Source: Paludibacteraceae bacterium (lineage in GTDB: Bacteria > Bacteroidota > Bacteroidia > Bacteroidales > Paludibacteraceae). Taken from it: a stretch of 64,000 nt of DNA. Below are positions 10,467-17,147 of the stretch, piece after piece. The stretch covers positions 13,389 through 77,388 of the forward strand of contig JBJEJX010000074.1 of NCBI GenBank assembly GCA_051878345.1. Reading direction: 5' to 3'. The notes under the pieces are model-generated. The model ran no database searches, was not told where the DNA came from, and worked only from the letters and a program-made list of their open reading frames with translations. The translations under genes and the position numbers were made by a program. Every line of letters begins with the position of its first letter. Positions within the stretch are counted from its first letter, which is position 1.

Positions 10467-10658
10467 CTGCCTGCCAATTCCGATAAAGCGCAGCCCACTG
10501 GGGACGCAGGCGTCCCGCAACCGGGGTCCCCGCAAGCAACGCGCAGTGGGGTGCTCTCTGCGGTCGTTTTGGAACAAAACGGAAGATTTAGCATTGCTTC
10601 TTGCCGTTCATAAACCAACAAGAGGCTGTCTAACAAGTCAAGTTAGGCAGCCTCTTGT
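10467..10658 (+). repeat. GC-rich ~190-nt element with terminal 17-bp hairpin, copy 1 (candidate structured RNA / 3' UTR element)
   Basis: Near-identical to 13738-13929 and shares core blocks with 53000-53166. Starts about 40 nt after a stop codon. Confidence 0.7.
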
Positions 10659-10667
10659 ATTTCATAC

Positions 10668-10832
10668 TGCCCACTAATCACTGCCCACTAATCACTAATC
10701 ACTAATCACTAACCACTAACCACTAACCACTAATCACTAATCACTAACTACTAACCACTAACCACTAATCACTAACCACTAACCACTAACTACTAATCAC
10801 TAACCACTAACCACTAACCACTAACCACTACC
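10668..10832. repeat. CACTAAY heptamer tandem array (about 22 units)
   Basis: Direct reading shows cactaat/cactaac units repeated without interruption. Confidence 0.9.
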
Positions 10833-10871
10833 CCCTTATCTGCAGCAGAAAGAATAAAAAAGTAAGTTTTA

Positions 10872-10903
10872 TTTGCACAATTCAGAAAAAAGCAGTATCT
10901 TTG
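10872..10903 (+). promoter_or_regulatory. Promoter (-33 TTTG, -7 TATCTTTG) with a ~570-nt leader to the LRR gene
   Basis: TTTG at 10872-10875 and TATCTTTG at 10896-10903. No credible ORF lies before 11473. Confidence 0.6.
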
Positions 10904-11330
10904 CCCCTGAAACTGAGCAATCGGTTTCAGGTGTTCTTTCCCGTTTGTCCGGAGGTTACAAAGGACAACGGTGTACATATTGATAAAAGCGTTTGTTGAC
11001 GCTTTGCGTTTGATCAACAGAAAACTTCGCAACTTTTCGGATTTAAGGTCAAAATCAAAGTGAGCAATAGATGCTTACAGATATGGTTTTACCATATCGC
11101 ATCGGCGTTTGCAGGTGCGTTATGTTGCCATATCAGCGTAGGCTTCTTGTTGTTTATTTGACCTTAAAGGCAATGCGAAGGCCTCTGTTGATGAATAACC
11201 AACATGAGGTCTGCGCTTTTTGTATGTGTATGGTGTGCCGCCTTGGCAATTAGCGACCTGTCATCCATCAATCTCGAAAACGACTCGAAGAAAAGACAAA
11301 ACATTATGCAAATCAATATACACACCGATC

Positions 11331-11425
11331 AAGCCCCAACGGGGCGACATAAAACAGCGTAGGGTGAAACCCTACGAAAACGACACCCCCTCAAAAGCAA
11401 GCCCTATAAGGGCGACATAACTCAA
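11331..11425 (+). repeat. Triple-hairpin element, copy A
   Basis: aagccccaacggggc, cgtagggtgaaaccctacg and agccctataagggc hairpins with GACATAA linkers. Matches the reverse complement of 23186-23283. Confidence 0.75.
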
Positions 11426-11472
11426 CACGGGAACACCGAAAATAACAAATAACCAACAAAATAACTAACAAT

Positions 11473-13593
11473 ATGAAACGATTATCCATTCTTTTGCTGT
11501 TGGCGCTATGCACCGCAGCCACCGCTTTCGCCTACGACTTCCAATCCGGCGACCTCTACTACAACATCACGAGCGACACCACCGTGGAAGTGAGTACCGC
11601 CAACTACCAAGGTCTAACCTCCGCCACCATCCCCGCAACCATTACCTACAACGGCACTACCTACTCCGTAACAAGCATTGGAGACAAGGCGTTCCTCGAT
11701 TGCTCCTCCCTCACCTCCGTCACCATCCCCAACTCTGTAACAAGCATTGGGAACTATGCTTTCAAAAATTGCTCAGAGCTAACAGAGTTTACTATTCCTG
11801 AAAATGTCAAGTATATTGGGAATCGAGTCTTTGAAGGATGTTCGGGTATTACTTCCATTATATGGAACGCAAGGAATTGCCAAGATAGGTGGAAAAATGT
11901 TTATTATTATTCAGACCTTTTGTTTTATGGAATATATCCGCAAATTACTTCATTTACTTTTGGCGAGACGGTTGACTCTATTCCAAGTTATCTATGTTAT
12001 GGAATGTCGAGTCTCTCTAACATCACTATACCAGAAAACATCAAGTATATAAGCGGAAGTGTATTCGAATACTGCACAGGACTGACTGTGGTAGAGTGGA
12101 ATGCCGTCCATTGCTCCAATGATGTAGGAGATGGTAGCGGAAGAATATGGCTTATTTTCAAGAATGCCAATGCTCATATCACCTCTTTCACCATAGGGGA
12201 GAAAGTAGAGGTCATACCGGGTACGCTTTGCGATGGTCTATCCGAACTAACTTCCATCTCTATCCCCAATGGTGTAAAAACAATTGGAAGTCATGCTTTC
12301 CGCGATTGCACAGGCTTGACCTCCATCAGCATTCCGAAAAATGTATCTTCTATATATGGAGCAGCCTTCCAAGGTTGTACAAACATCACCTCTATCGCTA
12401 TTCCGAAAAATGTGCGATTGATATCCCCTTATACTTTTGCAGATTGTGTGAACCTGTCTTCCATCGAAATGCCCAACGATATAGATACAATCGGGCGTTA
12501 TGCTTTTTCGGGTTGTAGGAGTTTAACTGATTTTAGCCTGCCAACAGCCACAACAACGATAGGCACAGGTTGCTTCTATAACTGCTCGAGTCTTACCTCA
12601 TTGCTACTTCCCGAGAGTGTAACCACGGTGAATGACTCGGCTTTCTATGGTTGCTCTGGTTTAACCAAATTAGTCTGCCAATCACATGTTGAGAACGCCG
12701 GCAAACAAACGATTATCGGATGTATTTCTTTGGATACGATATCCATCTTTGCACAAGCCTTTGATGTAACGGAAAGTAACTGGCCATACATGCCCAAAAA
12801 CATCCGCTATATCAAAGTAACAGGCGGGGAACTGACAGACAACGCTTTCAATGTGATACTGCGTAACTATAAAGTTTTGAGTACCTTAGACCTTGCTGCT
12901 GTTACCAATACCACTATCTCAGACGAGGCTTTCAAAGGCTGCTACAACTTGCAGACCTTGCCACTGCCTGCTGAACTGACCGCTATTCCTTACATGGCAG
13001 TAGCCGAATGTGTTAACCTGCAATCCGTCACTATCCCCGCCACCGTTACCGATATAGCGCAGCGTGCCTTCGAGAACTGTCGCAGCCTGTCCGCCGTAAC
13101 CTTTGAGGACGGTATCGCGTTGGAGCGCATTGGCGGCTGGGCATTCTACAACTGCCACGACTTGCAGTCTATCGCTATCCCCGAAGGCGTTACGGAGATA
13201 GGCAATGCCGCTTTCTACGGCTGCAACTATCTGCAAGACCTTGCTCTGCCGAGCACATTGCGCAAGATAGGCGACAACACTTTCGCCCTCTGCTCCAAAC
13301 TGCAGAAGATGCATGTGGGGGCTATGGTGCCGCCTGCGGTGGAAAGCAAGACTTTCCTTGATGTGTTGCGGACTATTCCCGTGATAGTGCCCGACGAGGC
13401 GGTGGAGGACTACAAAGCCGCAACTGTTTGGCAGGAGTTCAACATTGTAGGCGAATCCAATGCCCCGATGAGCATTGAGAACACCCGCAGCCACGGCACA
13501 CAAGGCGTGCAGAAACTCCTCCGCAACGGAAGGGTGCTTATCCTCCGCAACGGCGTAACCTACGACATGATGGGTCAGACGCAGGAAAAATAA
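11473..13593 (+). CDS. BspA-type leucine-rich repeat surface protein
   Basis: 706 aa with a signal peptide (MKRLSILLLLALCTAATAFA) and many IP..V..IG..AF..C..LTS repeats. Its C-terminal tail LLRNGRVLILRNGVTYDMMGQ is shared with 53187..56444. Confidence 0.85.
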   Translation: MKRLSILLLLALCTAATAFAYDFQSGDLYYNITSDTTVEVSTANYQGLTSATIPATITYNGTTYSVTSIGDKAFLDCSSLTSVTIPNSVTSIGNYAFKNCSELTEFTIPENVKYIGNRVFEGCSGITSIIWNARNCQDRWKNVYYYSDLLFYGIYPQITSFTFGETVDSIPSYLCYGMSSLSNITIPENIKYISGSVFEYCTGLTVVEWNAVHCSNDVGDGSGRIWLIFKNANAHITSFTIGEKVEVIPGTLCDGLSELTSISIPNGVKTIGSHAFRDCTGLTSISIPKNVSSIYGAAFQGCTNITSIAIPKNVRLISPYTFADCVNLSSIEMPNDIDTIGRYAFSGCRSLTDFSLPTATTTIGTGCFYNCSSLTSLLLPESVTTVNDSAFYGCSGLTKLVCQSHVENAGKQTIIGCISLDTISIFAQAFDVTESNWPYMPKNIRYIKVTGGELTDNAFNVILRNYKVLSTLDLAAVTNTTISDEAFKGCYNLQTLPLPAELTAIPYMAVAECVNLQSVTIPATVTDIAQRAFENCRSLSAVTFEDGIALERIGGWAFYNCHDLQSIAIPEGVTEIGNAAFYGCNYLQDLALPSTLRKIGDNTFALCSKLQKMHVGAMVPPAVESKTFLDVLRTIPVIVPDEAVEDYKAATVWQEFNIVGESNAPMSIENTRSHGTQGVQKLLRNGRVLILRNGVTYDMMGQTQEK

Positions 13594-13737
13594 GCCCGCA
13601 GACCGCCTGAAACCGAAGCACCCTCAGGGGAGGGAGAGACCGAAGACTTCCTTCTCTCCTCCTCTGAGGAATCAACGAACAGAACAAAGCAGCATATCAA
13701 TCGTAGATAATTCACAGGTGATTCATAGATGATTCGG

Positions 13738-13929
13738 CTGCCTGCCAATTCTGACGAAGCGCAGCCTACTGGGGACGCAGGCGTCCCGCAACCGGGGTCC
13801 CCGCAAGCAACGCGCAGTGGGGTGCTCTCTGCGGTCGTTTTGGAACAAAACGGGAGATTTTGCATTGGTTCTTGCCGTTCATAAACAAACAAGAGGCTGT
13901 CTAACAAGTCAAGTTAGACAGCCTCTTGT
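13738..13929 (+). repeat. GC-rich ~190-nt element with terminal hairpin, copy 2
   Basis: Aligns with 10467-10658 with only a few substitutions. Lies downstream of the LRR gene stop. Confidence 0.7.
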
Positions 13930-13936
13930 TATTTAT

Positions 13937-14003
13937 CCTAATCACTAACCACTAATCACTAACCACTAATCACTAACCACTGCCCACTAACCACTACTCA
14001 CTC
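13937..14003. repeat. CACTAAY heptamer array (short copy)
   Basis: Direct reading. Overlaps the stop region of the convergent gene 13994..15574. Confidence 0.85.
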
Positions 14004-15574
14004 CCCCCAATCCCCCTCTGCCGTGCGAGGGTGAGCAGATACTCTTTTGCGGCGTCATACTCATTGGGAATCACGCCGTCGAGGATGGCGTCTTTGATAG
14101 CCGTCTTTAGTTCCCCCACGGTGGAGCAGGGCGGCAGGTTCAGCAGTTGCATGATTTCCTCTCCCCGCACGGGCGGTTGGAAGTTGCGGATACGGTCGCG
14201 CTCCTCTAACTCCACCATTTTCTGCCGCACGAGTTGGTAGTTCCGATGAAACCGCGCCACTTTGTCGGCGTTCCGCGAAGTGATGTCGGCATTGCAGAGG
14301 AGCATTAGGTCTTCAATGTCGTCCCCCGCCTCGAAGAGCAGGCGGCGCACCGCTGAGTCGGTAACGGTGTCTTCGATGAGGTTGATAGGACGCATGTGGA
14401 GGTCCACCATCTTGATGACATAGTCCATCTTCTCGTTCTGCGGCAGTTTCATCTGCCGGAAGATACGCGGAATCATGCGGGCGCCGAGGTAGTTATGGTT
14501 GCGGAATGTCCACCCCGCCTGCGGGTCGTAGGCTTTGGATCGCGGCTTGCCGATGTCGTGCAGCAGCGCAGCCCACCGCAGCCACAGTTTGTCGGAACTC
14601 TCGGCGAGGTTGTCCAGCACTTGCAGCGTGTGATAGAACACGTCTTTGTGCCCCTTGCCGTTCTTCACCTCCACGCCTTTCAATGCTGCCAGTTCCGGGA
14701 AGACAAGCGGCAGCAGCCCCGTCTTATCCAGCAGCAGCCAGCCCGCGGAGGGCTTGCGCGAGAGCATTATCTTGTTCAGTTCATCGGCGATACGCTCGCG
14801 GGTGATGATACGAATCCGCTCGCGGTTGCGGGCGATGGCGTCGAAGGTGTCGGGATGCAGCGTGAAGCCCAGTTGCGTGGCGAAGCGTATCGCCCTCATC
14901 ATGCGCAGAGGGTCGTCGGAGAAGGTGATGTCGGGGTCGAGCGGCGTGCGGATAATCATGTCCTGCATGTCCTGTATGCCGTTGAAGGGGTCGAGCAGGG
15001 TGCCGTAGCGCCCGCCGTTGATACAGATGGCGAGGGCGTTGATGGTGAAGTCGCGGCGGTTCTGGTCTTCTTCGAGGGTGCCGTCTTCCACGATGGGGTT
15101 GCGCGAGTCGTGGCGGTAACTCTCCCTGCGCGCACCCACAAACTCCAACTCTGTCTCGCCGCGTTTCACCTGCGCCGTGCCGTAGGTGCGGAAGACCGAG
15201 AGGTGCGCCCCCTTGCCGAGACGCTTGGCAACGGCCTGCGCCAGTTCGATACCGATGGAGGGCTTGGACCCTCCAAACTCGGGACCCTCCCCATCCCTCC
15301 CTACGAGGGAGGGGGAAAGATTGCCATTTATAGACGAAGGTAATCTATTCTCTCCCTCCCTTTGTAGGGAGGGGCGGGGTGGGTCGCTTACCCTCCCCCT
15401 TTGCAGGGGGAGTTGGAGGGGGTCCTTGGTCTTCACCACCACGATGTCAATATCGGTGGAAGGGCGGTGCAGTATCAAGTCGCGCACCCAGCCGCCTATC
15501 ACGTAGCAGTCCAACTGCAAACGGTCTGCCTCCTCGCCTACCAGATGAAGAATGGGGTTATCTAACGATTGCAT
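13994..15574 (-). CDS. tRNA nucleotidyltransferase / poly(A) polymerase family protein with HD domain (CCA-adding type)
   Basis: Start moved to ATG 15574 (MQSLDNPILHLVGEEA). Motifs seen are GGWVRD, DIDIVV, RRDFTINAL and the HD-region HDIGKP. Carries a ~50-aa in-frame repeat insertion. Confidence 0.8.
   Translation of the reverse strand: MQSLDNPILHLVGEEADRLQLDCYVIGGWVRDLILHRPSTDIDIVVVKTKDPLQLPLQRGRVSDPPRPSLQREGENRLPSSINGNLSPSLVGRDGEGPEFGGSKPSIGIELAQAVAKRLGKGAHLSVFRTYGTAQVKRGETELEFVGARRESYRHDSRNPIVEDGTLEEDQNRRDFTINALAICINGGRYGTLLDPFNGIQDMQDMIIRTPLDPDITFSDDPLRMMRAIRFATQLGFTLHPDTFDAIARNRERIRIITRERIADELNKIMLSRKPSAGWLLLDKTGLLPLVFPELAALKGVEVKNGKGHKDVFYHTLQVLDNLAESSDKLWLRWAALLHDIGKPRSKAYDPQAGWTFRNHNYLGARMIPRIFRQMKLPQNEKMDYVIKMVDLHMRPINLIEDTVTDSAVRRLLFEAGDDIEDLMLLCNADITSRNADKVARFHRNYQLVRQKMVELEERDRIRNFQPPVRGEEIMQLLNLPPCSTVGELKTAIKDAILDGVIPNEYDAAKEYLLTLARQRGIGGSE
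15266..15425. repeat. Composite GGGAGGG-palindrome element inside a coding region
   Basis: ccctccctacgagggaggg, tccctccctttgtagggagggg and ccctccccctttgcaggggg hairpins with an AT-rich spacer. Same architecture as the intergenic copies at 48129-48240 and 52524-52631. Confidence 0.85.
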
Positions 15575-15583
15575 AGTTTCTTT

Positions 15584-15765
15584 GGATGAAGGACAAAGGA
15601 TAAAAGACGAAAAAAACGAGATGGTTTCGACCACGCGGTTTCGGACACGAGGGTTCCGGTCTTTCATTCCGTGTCCTGTATCTTTCATTCTAACAGACAG
15701 AGGTTGGTCTTTTATCCTTATTATCTTTTAGTAATCGTGGCGAACGGTCTTTTGTCCTTAAATCC
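15584..15765. repeat. Low-complexity inverted arms (GGACAAAGG / CCTTTGTCC family)
   Basis: ggatgaaggacaaaggataaaagacg faces gtcttttatcc and gtcttttgtcc. Shares cctgtatctttca with 27914-28055. Confidence 0.7.
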
Positions 15766-15806
15766 GGTGCAAAAGTACTGAAAAAAAACGAAAAAACCAA
15801 ATTTTA

Positions 15807-15838
15807 TTTGCGTATTCCAAAAAAAAGCAGTACCTTTG
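15807..15838 (+). promoter_or_regulatory. Promoter of rpsP (-33 TTTG, -7 TACCTTTG)
   Basis: TTTG at 15807-15810 and TACCTTTG at 15831-15838. Confidence 0.7.
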
Positions 15839-15925
15839 TGCGCTTTTTCGGGTAAAAAGCACTAACGATTTATTAACTCGGGCAGGCAACTCGTGCAGTT
15901 GTAGCCCATAAAAACAAAAGTCTAA

Positions 15926-16471
15926 ATGGCAACAAAGATTCGTTTGGCTCGTCATGGTCACAAAGACTACGCTTTCTACCACATTGTAGTAGCAGACAGC
16001 CGCTCGCCGCGTGACGGCAAAATTATCGAGCGTCTCGGTTCGTACAACCCCAACACCAACCCCAGTGCAGTCATTCTCAATTTCGACCGCGCGTTGTATT
16101 GGTTGGGCGTAGGTGCACAACCTACCGACACCGTTCGCAACATTCTCTCCGGAGAGGGCGTATTGCTGATGAAGCACCTCAATGGTGGTGTGGCAAAGGG
16201 CGCATTCTCGCAGGAGGAGGCTCAAAAGCGTTTCGACGCTTGGAAAGCACAGAAAGACGCTAAGAACGGCAAGATTTCGCAGGCTGAGGCTGACAAGAAA
16301 GTCGCTGCTGCAAAGGCTCTGCTCGCACAAGAGGTGGAGACCAATGCCAAGAAAGCCGCTGCTGTGGCTGAGAAGCGTGCCGCCGCTGCTGCCGCTTTGG
16401 CTGCTGCTGCGCAGGAAGCCGCTCAAGAGGCTGCTGCCGCTGAGGCTGAGGCACAAGAGACCGCAGAGTAA
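15926..16471 (+). CDS. rpsP: 30S ribosomal protein S16 with Ala/Glu/Lys-rich C-terminal extension
   Basis: N-terminus [31 protein letters not shown] is canonical S16. Confidence 0.95.
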   Translation: MATKIRLARHGHKDYAFYHIVVADSRSPRDGKIIERLGSYNPNTNPSAVILNFDRALYWLGVGAQPTDTVRNILSGEGVLLMKHLNGGVAKGAFSQEEAQKRFDAWKAQKDAKNGKISQAEADKKVAAAKALLAQEVETNAKKAAAVAEKRAAAAAALAAAAQEAAQEAAAAEAEAQETAE

Positions 16472-16503
16472 TCGGTTTTTTCGGCAACACACAAGCCCGA
16501 ACG

Positions 16504-16541
16504 AGACTGTCCGACCAATATGTCGGACAGTCTTTTGTTTT
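16504..16541 (+). terminator. Intrinsic terminator after rpsP
   Basis: 12-bp stem agactgtccgac / gtcggacagtct followed by tttgtttt. Confidence 0.85.
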
Positions 16542-16559
16542 ATCGGAACTTTCTCAACT

Positions 16560-16955
16560 GCCCCTTGATTGTCTGTCCTTTGTCCCTCACCCTTTGTCCC
16601 TCGCCCTTTGTCCTTCGCCCTTTATCCTTTGTCCCTCCCCCGCCTCCCTCCTGCCTCGTCCCCTGCCTCCCGCCTATCCCTTGCCTACCTCTCGCCCGTC
16701 CCTCGCCAATCTTCCGCCTGTCTCTCGTCTGCCTCGTCCCTGCTACCTTCCCCCGCCCTTTTTCGGTCAAATCCCACCTTATCCTTTCCGCTACCTTTCC
16801 GCTACCCTTGCGCTACCTTCGCGCTACCTTTAGGCAACCTTCTGCCCGCCCGTAGAGTCACCGCACATTACGGCTCTACCGACCTGCGACCGACCCGCGA
16901 CAGACCCGCGACAGACCCGCGATAGACCCGCGATAGACCCGCGACAAAAAATCGG
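16560..16955. repeat. Composite simple-repeat block (CCTTTGTCC units, CGCTACCYTT 10-mers, GACCCGCGAYA 11-mers)
   Basis: Direct reading. The right half matches 36772-36903 and, inverted, 56869-57237. Confidence 0.85.
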
Positions 16956-17053
16956 CTGCGTTCGGGGAGCCTGAGGTTCGGACATACGATGGCGGCAAGC
17001 GATGCAATAGAAAACCTCCTTATCCCGTTTTTTATCAAAAAAAAGAGTTTTTG

Positions 17054-17085
17054 TTTGTGTATGTGGGAAAAATGTTGTACCTTTG
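17054..17085 (+). promoter_or_regulatory. Promoter of topA (-33 TTTG, -7 TACCTTTG)
   Basis: TTTG at 17054-17057 and TACCTTTG at 17078-17085. Confidence 0.6.
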
Positions 17086-17147
17086 CCCGCGGTTTCGGCC
17101 AAAACTACGCAAACAACGCATTCAACGAAAACTACGCAACGCAATAT

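Noticed and set aside
10430-10636. Minus-strand ORFs across the three copies of the 190-nt element (10430..10636, 13575..13907, 52833..53123), which give similar peptides.
   Set aside because: The similarity follows from nucleotide conservation. Differences between copies are mostly non-conservative or change length and frame context, and there is no plausible start context. A non-coding element is more likely.
10840-10910. An invertible (phase-variable) promoter upstream of the BspA-type genes, considered because of the nearby serine invertase-like gene.
   Set aside because: I found no inverted repeats flanking either promoter (10872-10903 or 56780-56812).
15926-16471. The S16 C-terminal Ala/Glu/Lys-rich extension, considered as another repeat insertion.
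   Set aside because: Extended S16 proteins are common in Bacteroidota, and this tail is not built from any of the repeat families seen elsewhere in the window.
16520-16925. Pro/Ser/Leu-rich ORFs in the repeat blocks (16520..16855, 16569..16925, 36789..37072, 57161..57428).
   Set aside because: They are translations of simple tandem repeats, they overlap in several frames and they have no start context.
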